Shown piece by piece: positions 37,675-51,603 of a DNA stretch of 64,000 nucleotides (positions within the stretch are counted from its first letter, which is position 1; every line of letters begins with the position of its first letter). Made by a program: the position numbers and the translations under genes. Source of the DNA: Octopus sinensis (lineage: Eukaryota); assembly GCF_006345805.1 (NCBI RefSeq), contig NC_043001.1:57536001-57600000 (forward strand), in the 5' to 3' direction. A model generated the notes under the pieces. It did no database searches. It had not been told where the DNA came from and was given only the letters and a program-made list of their open reading frames with translations.

Positions 37675-38014
37675 GTTATGAGCAGCTAATTGTTTTATAT
37701 ACTGAACACATTATCTAGGCAGGTTTTAAAACACGTCTAGTGTCCCTAAGTAAACTTCACGTTCTGATTACATAGCCTATGCAAGTTACAAATCAGGGTA
37801 AGAGAAATGACAGGAAAACAACTAAATGAATACGGGTTTAAAAATTATAATGGTAAAAAAAAAAGAACAGAAAAATAAATTAAACAATAAGAAAAAAGAA
37901 GAAGTAGAATGATGTCACCAATAGCCGTACAGTCGTTATCCAACATGGTGAAAATTCAACGGAAGAGTTCTAAAATTTGCAGTACGGTCGCTCAGTCCGT
38001 ACAGGGCGGTGTTC

Positions 38015-38420
38015 TTCTATTCGCCAGAAGAAACCTGTCCATATGTTGGAATTTGCTGAAACTTTCTGATCTGGAACTCAGCAATGCGGTGGAATTCTTA
38101 TAACTAAAATTGATATGCGATCTTTCAGTTACACATGACTTGCATTATTATTTTTTTAATCCATTAATAATTATATGAATTTTCTACAATTTTCCACTGG
38201 ATTGCATGTGGTGTGGAGTTGTTCTTCAAAGCTCGTACTATCTTAGCCAACTTAATGGTTTTACTTTCATCCATGTGCCGGAGAGAATATAAGGGGTCAG
38301 CATACGCCGATGTAATCCTCCTTTTGGTTATCATGTAGCGTTGTTGTAATTTCTGCTTCATATATAATGGAGTTTATCATACACTCCTGGTCGATTTGGC
38401 AAGCTCCTCTTAAAACTGTG
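38015..38420 (-). mobile_element. Penelope-like GIY-YIG endonuclease remnant
   Basis: CQIDQECMINSIIYEAEI...EDYIGVC, then ...IKLAKIVRALKNN...IQWKIV, then CKSCVTE...LSSRSE..SKFQHMDRFLL: the PLE C-terminal GIY-YIG architecture. Confidence 0.7.
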
Positions 38421-38900
38421 AATAGGCCTCTAGTAGAGCTTGCAGGTAATGAAGCACCTCATATTGGGGAAGCAGCTATAAGACAATTTATTTCAGCGTT
38501 TGTTAAAAATCGTTCAGTGTTTTGATTTTCTGAGAAATTCTTATCTAAGAGAAACAGGGCATCTTATACCTACGTTCTTTCTAAAATAGGCAGAAGGGAA
38601 GGACAAGTAATTTTCCTATGACTATTTTTATGCTATTATATATTATTCGTATTATTACCAGCAGGGTTGTAACATAACTTAACTTTCAAGCCACAGTTAA
38701 CCAGGGCTTTGTTATAGGTAGTGCCAAATCAAAAATTTCTTCGGAAAAAGAGAGGATGGATACCTATTATTTATATTACCTATTACGTTTTTAAACACTT
38801 TGGAGGTGACAGGCTGTTTGTCTACGTGGGAAAGTTTCTCGTTGGGCTTATGGTACTATTTATAAGAGTGAGGGATTAAATGAAGGTTAGTAATTACAGT

Positions 38901-39145
38901 GGAGGCGCATGGCTCAGTAGTTAGGGTTTAGGACTCATAAGTTTTGGTTTCGAATCCTGGACTGGGTGAAGCTTTTTGTTCTTGAGCAAAACACATTCAC
39001 ATTGCTCCAGTCCACTCAGCAGCCAAAAATAAGTAACCCTGCCACGGACAGGTGTCCTGTCCAGGTGGGGAATATATACGGTATAGAAACCGTACAACCG
39101 CCCCTAGGAATCTATAGCATTCGGGAAGGAACTCTACTTTTATTT
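38901..39145 (+). mobile_element. tRNA-derived SINE with CORE/V-like segment
   Basis: A-box tggctcagtag, B-box ggtttcgaatcc, cttgagcaaaaca...ttgctccagtccactcagc. Confidence 0.7.
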
Positions 39146-40252
39146 TTACTTTAGTGATTTTCAAGGCTAAAGATAGTTCTGAGTTTTATTGAGTTTTTTT
39201 CTCTATTTGCGCATTGTAGAACACCACCCTCTCAGAATTGAGCAATAGTATCGCAGGCTTTAGACCCCCTCCGTTTATTCTACACCATCGAGTCTTACGA
39301 CTGTACGGTCAAGGGGATATAACTGAAAATCTTCCTTTTTAAGCTTACTTTTTTCGTTTCTTTTCACCACAACACTTTTTGAACATAATTTCCTCTCGAA
39401 TTTTTTTCTCGTGGTTTCCCTTGTTATATCGTCCTGGTTTGTAACTTGTATAGGCCATGTGCCCAGAGTCAGTGATTACTTGGAGACACTAGGCACGTGT
39501 TAAAACCTGGCTTTCAATGTATGAAACTATTAGTAGCTTATAACTATATACTGTGTACACTAAACAATATTCATCTCTGACCACATGGTGTATATTTTTT
39601 TGTTGATCATACCTTGATGAAAAAGTGAACTGAAAATGTAAGAGGGGTGAATGAAAAGTCTTAAGCCTAAAAAAAAAATACAAAACATGGTACAAGACTT
39701 CTGATGAATGTACAAGACTTCAAGACTCAAAGGCCTTGAAAACTCAAAACTTTTTATGCATCCCTCGTATATATAAATATAATTCTTGTGATCCTAATAA
39801 TCGACAATAAAAACATGCATTCAATGTTACTTACGGTAAGAATAGTTAGTGTTTGTCCTTCTTACAACACTGCTCCCAGATGATGAGTCGTAACAGCTGG
39901 CCACCGTTTAAGACAACGATAAACAGCAATTATGAATCTGCATGTTAGTCTATGTGTATTTATGTTCATTTTGTTTGTCGTAAGAATTTTAAACTGGAAT
40001 AGAAAATGAATGTCGCAACTGTCATCTTTATTCTTCAAACTACTGTTTCGAAAATGGTATATGTGTATACAGTAATGTGGTATACGGTATTCCGGCTACA
40101 CGAAAAACAACTTGATCGTCATCATATGTTTACTTCCGGTTATAGCTCTATATGAGCAGGGTTACCTAGGCCATATAAACGTCAGATTAGAAAGGTAAAC
40201 ACGCCACAATGAAGAAATAATAAAAAATTTTAATGAATTGAAAGTTCTATGG

Positions 40253-40262
40253 TATTCTTCTT

Positions 40263-40352
<90 letters not shown>
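40253..40352. repeat. (CTT)n(ATT)n compound microsatellite abutting the 3' end of Dong copy D1
   Basis: Direct reading. Confidence 0.95.
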
Positions 40353-43300
40353 GTCATTTACTTTTAATCTGCATGTTTGATGCAATCACTTGCCGGGGCA
40401 CACCCAGCGCCCTAGGGCAAGTGAAGGTTACGAGTTGTTGAAATATAGCTGAAAGCTTGGGGAGGGGAAGTAGAGAAATATCTCCATGTAATACAAACAC
40501 AAACATTTATATTGATAGGGTTTTTCTAAGGATGTGGGCAATACTTGTTAGCACAATCTTTTGGATTTCCTTGAGACATGGTTCTCCAGGGATATTGTCT
40601 GGGTGTTTCTGACTTTTTATCATACCTAGGGTACCTACAATAACAGGAACAGTTTTTGTTTTAAGATTCCACATCTTTTGTATTTCGATTTCCAGGTCCT
40701 TATATTTACTAAGTTTGTCAAATTCCTTTACAGATACATTTTTATCAGTGGGGACGCTTATCTCTATTAGTCTGCAGGTATTTTCTTCCCTGTCTTTAAC
40801 AATTATGTCTGGTCGATTAGCCTTGATCCCAGAGGATGGGGACATCTTTACCTTCAACAACTGGCTGAGGATGGTGTTCATACCAGTTAGCAGGAGTGTC
40901 GAATTTGTAGTGTTTACATATCTTCCAATGTATATACTGTCCTACCCTATCGTGGCGATTTTTGTATTCGTTTGGTGTCAGCAGATGACATCCCGAAACG
41001 AGATGGTCTATTGTTTCGTCAAATGTGTCGCAGAATCTGCATTTAGGGTCAGTACCGTTTCGGAGAACGTTAGCCTGGTAATTTCTGGTAAACAAGCTTT
41101 GATCTTGTGCTGCCAGTATGAAGCCTTCAGTCTCTGCTTTCAATCCAGAACTCTTCAGCCACTGATGGGTTGTTGCTTGGTCTACATCAGCATTTTGGCT
41201 TCGGATAATATATTGTCCATGCAGGGGCTTCTGGCACCACCGCCTCTCAATTTGATTCTGCCCGTTCTTTTTTGCAGTCTGTTTGATTCGCTTTGCTTGC
41301 TTGGTAGCAGTGGTTTCCGGCTCTTCATCTGATTCAAGGTTAATGTCTAGTTCCCTTTCGAACTTATAAGCTTCCTTGACAATAGAATGCAGCTTTTTGC
41401 TGCTTTCGTGTTCGAACACAAGTCGCAGCATCCAGTCCTTTGTACTAGATAGGTACCTGTTCATTCCTACAGTAGAGGTCTTATAGCACAGCTCTAATTG
41501 CATCATTCCTCTCCCCCCGCTGCTTCTAGGTAGGTACAGGCGGTCTACATCTGCCTTAGGGTGGTGCATGCTCTTGGATGTCAGTAATTTTCTTGTCTTC
41601 CTGTCCAAGCGTTGGAGTTCCGTAAGGTTCCAGTTAATGATGTTAAAACTGTACTGGACTACTGGAAACGCCAGGGTGTTAATGGCCTCAATGCAATTTT
41701 TGGAGTTGAGTTCAGTCTGCAGTACAAGCCTTATTCTCCTATAGTATTCCTTTCTTATTTTTTCTTTCATAGTAGCATGATGTATACCATCTCCTTCGAT
41801 GATTCCTAGGTATTTGTAACTTTCTTGTGGGTCAAGTTCCTTGATAGTAGTGTCAGTATCTAATTTAACAGAAGCTGTTTGCCTGAGCTTGCCTCTTACA
41901 AAAGTTGCTTTAGCACACTTATCAAGGCCAAAATCCATTCCGATATCATTGATAAACTCTTTAACAGTTGTTAGCAGCCCTTCTAGCTCTTGGTCATTCC
42001 TGGCAAACAGCTTTAGGTCGTCCATATAGAAAAGGTGGTTTATTAACTTACTAAAAACTTTGTACCCATATCTGGTACTATCCAATTCGTTTGAGAGTGG
42101 TATCAGTGCCATGCAAAAAAGTAATGGAGAGAGGGAGTCACCTTGAAAGATGCCTCGTTTGATGTTGATGCTGGCTCATCCCATTACTATGGCTTAGAAA
42201 GAGACGTGTGTTCCACATGGTCATGCTATTCTCTAAGAATTTTGAGACGACAGGAGAGATCTTGTATATCTCAAGGGCCTTGAGTATCCATTTATGTGGG
42301 ACACTGTCATACGCTTTCCTGTAGTCTATCCATGCCATACTCAGGTTTTTGTTTTTGCTCCGGCAATTCTCTACAATCATTCTGTTTATGAGCAATTGGT
42401 CTTTGCACCCATAAGAGTTTCTTTTACAACCTTTTTGAGCTTGTGGAAGGATAGAGTTTTGTTCAAGGAAGGCGTACATTCTCTCCGTTATTATGGATGT
42501 GAGGATATTGTACACTGGCTTCTGTGCTACTGTTACCTATTTCGTCTACATTGTTGCTGTTTTCTTTTGGTCTACCATGAGCTATTAGTGTCCTAATTTT
42601 GTCAATTTCAGCGTCAGTTAGTCTTTTGTTTTTAATTATATCTCTGCGTACATTACTTAATTTATTTGCGTCTATATATATCTACGTACGTCATTGCCTA
42701 CTGAATTTCTCCATGAGATGTATGTTTGTACACTGAGGTTATAGTTTGGGTTTAGTTGGGCTGTATAAAAAGCTTTCAACACATCTCTATAGTCCTCTCT
42801 GGTTCATTTTATACGTTTTGCCTTAGGTGGTGTTTTTGGTGGTGTCACTACAAGTCCAGAGTTAGAAGTATTCTGGTTCTGGTCACCTGGTAGATCGTCT
42901 TTTTGAGAGTTTGTTCCAGCAGCAAACTTTTCGACCCCAGTCTGGTTCCCTGCTGGGTAACGCGGTCCTTGTTGTCCCGGGCGATGACCGATCCGGCATG
43001 ATTTTTGGCTTGTTTTCATTAAATGATTGACGGCGACATCAGAGGGTTCCATTTTTTCAGAGTCAACTTTTTGACAAGACGCCGCTTCTGTGACGGTGAC
43101 GTTAGAAAAAGGGGCTGTTTGTACAGGGTCAATTTTTTGACAAGACACCACTTCTGAATTCTCCGAATTAATATATTGGTCATATCGAACTCGCATGAGA
43201 CTTACAGATCGAAATTCGCCTCTATTTCTTTTGGTAAACATGTTTCCGGGCATAACTGTTCAGTGACTTTCTAAATTCAGTGACCAATTTGCTCTTTTTT

Positions 43301-43736
43301 GCGTTTGTTCGTGAAAAATCGCTTTGTTTTTGCTCTGTTTTCGTCCGCGTAACGTGGTTTTTCTTTCTGTGTGTACGTGTGAGCGCGTGTAATCATTATT
43401 TATGCTTTATAATTAAAATGTGTACGTGTATGCATAAACAGTTGCATGTATACTAAATAATTAATTAATTAATCAATTTATGTACTTACTGTCAAGAGCT
43501 CTGATGTTCGCTTCTATTTCTTATGCATGTCACATGGAAATATTATGTATAAAAGAAAGAAAACCATACTATATATGGCAATAATAGTTCGGACTTTTTA
43601 GTTACTTTGCCTTAAAAGAAAATTTGGAAAAGATATTTTGTGGAACCTTTCTTCCATTGCAACGATGTTGTTGGATTAAATTCGTTTTTTGGAGAGAGGC
43701 TCCCAGGGAACATCCATGTTGTTATTCAGCCCGGAG
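40353..43736 (-). mobile_element. R4/Dong-clade non-LTR retrotransposon D1 (RT + CCHC + REL endonuclease), internally deleted and frameshifted
   Basis: ORF pieces 43253-42804 (starts MPG), 42515-42138 (QKGCK...QL...AWIDYRKAYDSVPH), 42112-40817 (YMDD; CRFC...H...C) and 40881-40507 (NRPDII...LIEISVP...K.SKYKDL). 3' end abuts (TAA)n. The 5' boundary is uncertain, between about 43400 and 43736. Confidence 0.92.
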
Positions 43737-44000
<264 letters not shown>

Positions 44001-44608
44001 ATTTAATACTACGAAATAAGTTACCTTTTAACAAACTAAAACTTTAAAACACTTTTCTGATCAGGGAACACGGAACAAATTCCAATGTATTTAATGACAA
44101 TCTCTCGTTCAAGAAAACAGTAATTGTCTTTGCTGAATGTGAAAACTTGTCAAACGTATAACAATTCTAAAGTCAAGCAATGACCCGACCGAAGCAGAAT
44201 GACCCCCGCACATCACATGCACACTCTCATAAATCGAAGAAAGCCTCATCCGTGACATTGCGAACCCATAATCTCCTTTCGAACTGGCAACATAAATTCA
44301 AACTGCTTCATTCAACCGCCATGCTGCTCACATATCTTACACAAATAATACATGACAGCTTGAAAACCAAAATATTGCACGCACATTCTATCATTGTCAT
44401 TAGTAAATATTTTTGATTCCAATCATCGTAATCTATATGGGAACAAAATACTAATACCTCCTGAACACTCAACGTTGGTAGGCTGGCTATTGTTCTCATT
44501 TCTAGCAAAACGAAACTTGCCTTACAATATAATTGCTGAAACACGTATATAACTCTCAGTATAGAAACAAAATATTTTACTTCTAATAATGATATTATTA
44601 TTATTATT

Positions 44609-45162
44609 GAGTGAGAGAGCAGTTCATGCCATCAAAGTGACACTGGGGTAAAATATACGAAGCCCAATATACCCATCATGACTACCCGTCTGATAAAGGT
44701 ACACCAGGCACATGCATCACAACCATATGTGCGCGACGTGGTGATCTCATATGAAGATAAACAGCACATGACCTTGCAGATGGGGCCCAGTTAGAATTTT
44801 CTTCAGGTTGAGTAGACTATCCCGCTCAAACGGTCCCTGAATAAGGGTTGTTTAAGGATGTTGAAAGAACCACCCATGTTTCCAGAGGTGAACTATTCAA
44901 ACCCCAAAGAATCCCTCTCAACACATGGCTATGATAATCCCCCACTACTTCTGCTCGTGATCAGAGATGCACATATCGTCAGCCACCAAGGGACATGCTC
45001 AACTGGTTAAGGTCAAACAACTGACAAGCAAATCTGTGGTATTGAGCAGAATATTTGCTGTAGCCCATCTTTTATACCAAGACAAAACAATGTACATGAT
45101 AACACTTCCAATCAGTTAAGATCAGAAGCCACGAGAGCCACTGTCTGGTACTGCATCAGGGC

Positions 45163-45164
<2 letters not shown>
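44609..45164 (-). mobile_element. Non-coding ~555-bp element embedded in (ATT)n, copy A
   Basis: Collinear with 56898-57406. (ATT)n on both sides. No ORF and no tRNA A/B box seen. Strand inferred from neighbouring Dong elements. Confidence 0.75.
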
Positions 45165-45235
<71 letters not shown>

Positions 45236-45236
<1 letters not shown>

Positions 45237-48200
45237 TATGTTTGACTTTTGCTTTATACTTGTACAAGTTGGCTCCAAGTCTCACCCAGAGACAACAGGT
45301 TGGAAGTTCATGTTGTTGTTATGCCTAGTGTGCCATATATTTGGGCGGGGGGGGGGGATTTTTGGTGTTGTACTAATGAATGTCGAAAAAAAATTTTTTT
45401 TTTTTAACTGAAAATTATGTTTGTTTTAAACCTTGAGATTACATAGAAAGTATTTTGCGTAGGATATGAGCAGTTCCCATGGGCACTATCTTTTGAATTT
45501 CTGTCATTTTAGGGTTTCCTGGTATTTGAGTTAGGTAGCTATCAGCCCCTTTTGCTATCATTCCCAGGGCACCTATGACAAAAGGTTCCACATTTTGCTG
45601 ATTTCTATTTCAAGATCTTTATATTTGCTCAGGTTTTGGTAGGTCTTGACAGATACGTTTATATCGATTGGGGCAGTCATATCAATGAGGAGGCATGTTC
45701 TTTGTTTGAAGTCTTTCAATATCATGTCTGGCCTATTTGCATCTATCTTTCTGTCAGTTTGAATGATGAAGTTCCAGAGGAGTGAGATGTGGTCATTTTC
45801 AAGCACCGGGGGTGGTTTGTGTTCCAACCAGTTTTTTTCATGGGGTAAATCCAGGTTTTTGCAGATTACCCAGTGAATATATTGTGCAGCTCTATCGTGT
45901 TTGTTGAGATACTCTGTAGGCGCTAGAAGACTACACGTGGAGACCACATGGTCAATGGTTTCATTCTGTTGCTGGCATACACGACACGTTGGACTGCTTC
46001 TGATCTTTAATATGTTGGCCTAGTAGTTTCTTGTTGGTAGGCATTGATCTTGAGCTGCTATGATAAACCCCTCTGTTTCAGATTTTAAGCCAGAGGCCAT
46101 TAGCCATTGATGGGTCAGGGCTTTGTCAATATCTGCATTATTTGCTCTCTTTGGGTATTTGCCATAGAGAGGTTTTTCTTGCCATTTATCATTCAGAATA
46201 TCTAAGGCCGCAGATTTAGCACGGGTTTTCATGCGCTTAGCTTTTTCTGTGCGTGCCTGTTTCTTGTATGTCTATCTCTAATTCCGAAATTTGTTGTATT
46301 CGGAATTCACTTAGATATCCCTTTGCCTGTTTTGTTACTGAGTATGATGCTTTCTTGTTTTCATGTTTTGAGACAAGTTTTAACATCCAGTCCTCAGAGT
46401 TTTTCAGGTAGGTGTCTAGGCCAATTGTAGCAATCTTCATTGTTATTGCCAGTTGTAAATGTCCACGGCCTCCGTCATTTCTTGGCAGATAAAGTCGTTC
46501 TGTGTCTGCCTTAGGGTGGTGCATTCTATGCATTGTCAACAGTTTTCGTATTTTTCTGTCAAGATTACATATTTCAGTAATTGACCAGTTAATGGTATTG
46601 AAACTGTAAGTCACAACTGGTATGGCTAATGCATTGATCGCTTCGATCCTGTTTCTCGCATTCAGCTCTGTCTTGAGTATTGCTCTTACTCTGCGATAAC
46701 ATTCTCTCCTGATCCTTTCCTTCATCTCTGAATGCCTTATTCCTTCTCCTTCAATTGCCCCTAGATACTTGTAGTTCTCTGCTGGGTCTAATTCTTTTAT
46801 GACATTCTGCTGGTCAAGGTTAACGTTAGATGTTTCTGTCATTTTTCCTGTGATAAAGGTAGCTTTTGCACACTTATCGAGGCCGAATTGCATTCTGATG
46901 TCATCACTGAATTGTTTGACAATCGCTAGTAAGCCATTGAGTTGTTGGTCATTTTTTGCAAAGTGCTTTAAATCATCCATGTAAATGAGATGATTTATAT
47001 TTTTATCAAACATTTTATACCCGTACTACGTGTCATTGAGCAGTTTTGAGAGAGGTATTAAGGCTAAACAGAAGAGGACCGATGATAGTGAGTCACCCTG
47101 GAAAATGCCACATGAAATTTTTACATCACCAGCATTTAGAGATTCATTGTCACTGTTCAGAGTTAGTGTGGTTCTCCATGATCTCATACTTACAGACAAA
47201 AAGTTTCGCAGAGAAGGTGCTATCTTATACATTTCTAGGCATTTCTTAATCCAGCTATGTGGTAGGCTATCAAAAGCCTTTTTATAGTCTATCCAGGCTA
47301 TTGATAAGTTTTTGTGTCGTTTGTGACAATCTTCTAAGATCATCTTATTGATGAGTAGTTGATCTTTACAACCGTAGGATCCACGTTTACATCCTTTCTG
47401 TTCATTAGGGAATATGCTGCTGTCTGTCAAAAAGCTATAGGCATATTCCGTCAGGACAGATGTTAGTGTTTTATACATAGTTGTTAAGCAGGTTATGGGT
47501 CTATAGTTTTTTGGTTCATTTGTTTCTTCACTTTTTGGAAGAAGGAATGTTAACCCATTAACTAGCCAAGGAGGCATCCTACTAGGGTGCTGCAAAACAT
47601 CATTGTAAAGTTCTGTTAGCAGTTCATGGCTCTCTGGGAAGGCATTCAACCAAAAGTTAGGGATTTTATCCTTTCCTGGATACTTCCATTTGCTTGACCT
47701 CCTGAGAGCAGATCTTATATCTTCTACCTTGACACCCTCCCACTTTTGCTCTTCTAAGGAGTCCAGTTCTTTAGATATTCTATCAATCCAGGGGGCCTTT
47801 TCGCTGTGTGTTTTTTCTTCTGCCCAAATTTTATTCCAAAATCCCTGCACTTCTTCTTTTGATGGTACAGACTTTACAGTAACTGTTGTTTTTCCTATCT
47901 TCCTGTAAACATTTTTGGTGTTATTTTTGAACATGTTGTTGTCCCTGAAGAATCTAACACGCTTTTCATACCTCGCTATGCGGGCAGCTTTAGCAGATAC
48001 CTTTTGCTTGATGGTTTCTATGGTGGCATCAATATCAAGTATAGTTTTCATATTATATTTTTTCATTAGTTTTTGGGTTTTTGTAGGTTTGGTAGTCTTA
48101 TGAAACTTAAGGTTTTTCAAATATTCAATGTCAGATCTAAATAGTTTAATTTGTTGTTGCAAACGCTCTTGCCAAGAAGGCTTTTTGTGGAAATGTTGCC

Positions 48201-49386
48201 GTTTTCTAATCTTTTCCCCACATAGGATCGTTGAGATTTTCGCGGATGCATAGTATAGGTGGTTGATATCTGTGATATCAACATCATTAGCTGAAATTAT
48301 ATCCTTAAGTGCAAGCCGGGTTTTACCAATTATTTTCATGTTTTGTTTAGAGCTGCGGATTTTAGGGAGTGTATCACGTTCATCCATACTGGTTTCTTTA
48401 ATTTTCATTCATTCAATCATGATTTGACTTTTTAGCTCATGTAGTTCTGTTGGGTCAATATTTGTGTGACCTCTCTTCATCTATTTGATGTTCATCTGTC
48501 TTAGTGTTTATATTTGGCTCAGAGAGTATTTCACTTTGCCTATCACTTATACTAACTCTTTCAATCCTTACTTCGTTTTTATTAGCTTTGAGCTGGTCTA
48601 TAATTATTTCCTCTGTATTATCTTCTCTAGCTGCAGCTTCGTTCATTCTATCCGTTACTGCTTGTCTAATTTGATCAATCTCTACTTCAGTCAGTATTTT
48701 TTTTTTATAATGTTTCTTCTGACGTTGGCAAGTTTGTTACTGTCTATGTAGGGTCTTACTTCAGGGTGTTTCTGTCTCCAGTTTATGTAGGTTTGTATAG
48801 TGTTCGATTTATCTATGGGGAAATATATGGCATGGTAGAAGAACTTCTTTATTATCTTCCCTAGTCCATTTTTCCTTCTTTTTCTTTTGAGTGTTTGGTT
48901 ACGAGCATGGATGGCCATCTGTTGGAATATTCCAGTTGCGGGGTACGTCCAGCTCCTGTGTGTCGGGACGATTTGATCCAGTAGCTGATTTTTCAATCAG
49001 ACTTTGGTTCAATTTTCGGGTACGTGGTCTTTTGTAGTCCGCTCGTCGACCATCGCGGATTGTAGGCTGTTTTGTTGACATTGAAGCATGACGAGCTTCG
49101 ACTCTTACATTAAGAGACGGATCTGTCAGTTTAGGATTCTCTGCACGTAAACATTGTTCGTAGCGCAGCTTTTTAAGACTAGCAGATCTGTATTCGTCTG
49201 TATTTTTTTTGCTGATAGTTTTATCTCCGGGCATAGTTTTCCCTTCATCTTTTTATTTATTCATTCATTTTTTTAAAACCTATGAAAGGTTCACTCTGCC
49301 TGTATTAGTTCGAAAAAATGAGAATAAAATACGAGAAAAAATATATAAAAAATAAAAATAAATAAATAAACAAACAAAAATAAGAA
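45236..49386 (-). mobile_element. R4/Dong-clade retrotransposon D2, full length but frameshifted
   Basis: MPG start at 49234; Myb-like FYHA...YINW...DSNKLANVRR; RT (NYRPITCL, EQKGCK, IDYKKAFDS, GIFQGDSLS, YMDD); CCHC; REL (NRPDMI...LIDMTAP...SKYKDL). (ATT)n at the 3' end and (CAT)n at the 5' end. Confidence 0.93.
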
Positions 49387-49404
49387 TTATCATCATCATC
49401 ACCG

Positions 49405-49446
<42 letters not shown>

Positions 49447-49884
49447 ATGACATTGTTTTAAGTGTAGTCACAGCGGTAGCTTATTCTTATTTTTATTCCC
49501 ATCACCATCACCATCGCCACGGTCAATTGGTCATGTTCTATAAATAGATTCATCAGATGGTGGGCAAAGGACATTTTGGGTCAGGGAGAGGTCAAACCTG
49601 TTTACTAGTACCAGCGCTATCTTGAAAAGCAATCCAGCTATATATACCCATACACATATATATATGTATATTCACACACGCATATTTTCTGATATTCACT
49701 CGATGATTCTTTTTTAATTTCTGAGTTCAATTGTGTTGTTGCAATAAAAGTTTACGTGTTTACGTGTTTGGGTAATATATTAAAGTTTTTAAGTATTCTT
49801 GAGATGTCCATTTGTAAAAAATAAATAAATAAATAAGATTTTTGCAAAGGGAAGAATGTTTACATTTTCGAATGCTCAGAAAAG

Positions 49885-49891
49885 AAAATGC

Positions 49892-49956
<65 letters not shown>

Positions 49957-50025
49957 GCTGCTGCTGTTGAGGTTGTTGTTGTTGTTGTTGTTGTTGCTGC
50001 TGTTGCTGTTGTTGTTGTTGTTGTT
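49885..50025. repeat. (ATT)n(GTT)n(GCT)n compound microsatellite abutting D3
   Basis: Direct reading. Confidence 0.95.
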
Positions 50026-51323
50026 TAATTTTAACCTGCATGTTTGTTACAATCACTTGCCGAGACACACACAGCGTCCTAGGGCGAGTGAAGGATAGGC
50101 GATGTTACAGTATGATCGAAAGTTTGGGAAGGGAAAATGACAGGGGCAGTAGCAAAATATCTACGTATTATACAACGTATTACATTTAAATTGATAGGGT
50201 TTATCTAAGGATGTGGGAAGTACCAACTTTTGGATTTCTCTGAGACATGCTTCTCCTGGGATGCTATCTAGATGTTTCTGACATTCCTTTCATATTATAC
50301 CTAGAGCACCCACAATATCAGGAACAGTTTTCACTTTAAGATGCCACATCTTTTGTATTTCAATTGTAAGGTCCATGTATTTACTTAATTTGTCAAATTC
50401 CTTTACAGATATATTTGTATCAAAGGGAATACTTATATCTATTAGTCTACAAGTATTTTCTTCCTCGTCCTTAACGACAATGTCTGGTTGATCAGCGTGG
50501 ATCGTTCTGTCGATGTTGACTGGAAAATCCCAAAGGATTATAAGACTTTTACCTTCAAGATAATGACTGAATGAAGATGATGTTCATACCAGTAAGCAGG
50601 AGTGCTGATTTTGCAGTGTTTATATGTTTTCCAATGTAAATACTGTCCTAACTTATAGTGGCGATTTTTGCATTCGTTTAGTGTCAACATGGGACAAACC
50701 GAGAGGAGATGGTCTATTGATTCATCCAAGTTATCGCAGAATCTGCATTTAGTGTCAGAATCGTTTTGAAGAAAATTAGGCTGGTAGATTTTGGTAAGCA
50801 AGATTTAATCTTGTGCTGCTAATATAAAACCTTCATTGCTATTTAGGAAGTCTTATAGCGCAGTTCTACCAGCACAATTCTCCTTCCCCCATTACTTATG
50901 GTTGGTACAGGCGATCAACATCTGCTTTTAGGAGGTGCATGTTCTTAGATGTTAGTAGTTTGCTTGTCATCCTTGCCAGGCTTAGTAAGATTCCAGTTAA
51001 TGATGTAAAAACTCTATTGGACCACTGTTGGTGCCAGGGTATAAAGGTTTTGATGCGATTTTTGGAATTGAGTTCAAGTTTTAGTGCGAATCTTACTCTC
51101 CTGTAATACTCCTTTCTCATTTTTCCTTCATAATTGCATGTTGTATACCATCTCCTTCATTTATTCCCACGTATCTGTAATTTTCTTTGCGAGTCAAGCA
51201 CCTTGATGGTTGTGTCAGTAACTAATCAAATGGAAGCTGTTTGCCTGAGCTTGTCTCTTACAAAGTTGCTCTAGCACACTTATCAAGGCCAAAATCTATC
51301 CTGATCTCATTGCTGAACTCTTT
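50026..51323 (-). mobile_element. Dong copy D3: 5'-truncated, decayed, same family as D1
   Basis: 3' UTR (ctgcatgtttg..acaatcacttgccg...ctagggc.agtgaagg) and ORF remnants (KEYYRRVR, CRFCDNLDESIDH) align to D1, with internal deletions. Confidence 0.85.
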
Positions 51324-51384
51324 ATATAAAACAGATAGTTTAGCATAATATTATACAATTTGAAACCACACCTAGTGTTGCTCA

Positions 51385-51403
51385 GTTATTGTTATTATTG
51401 TTA

Positions 51404-51436
<33 letters not shown>

Positions 51437-51497
51437 TATTATTATTATATTATTATTATTATTATTATATTATTATTATTATATTATATTATTATTA

Positions 51498-51588
<91 letters not shown>

Positions 51589-51603
51589 CATCATCATCAT
51601 CAT
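51385..51603. repeat. (ATT)n(CAT)n microsatellite abutting D4
   Basis: Direct reading. Confidence 0.95.
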
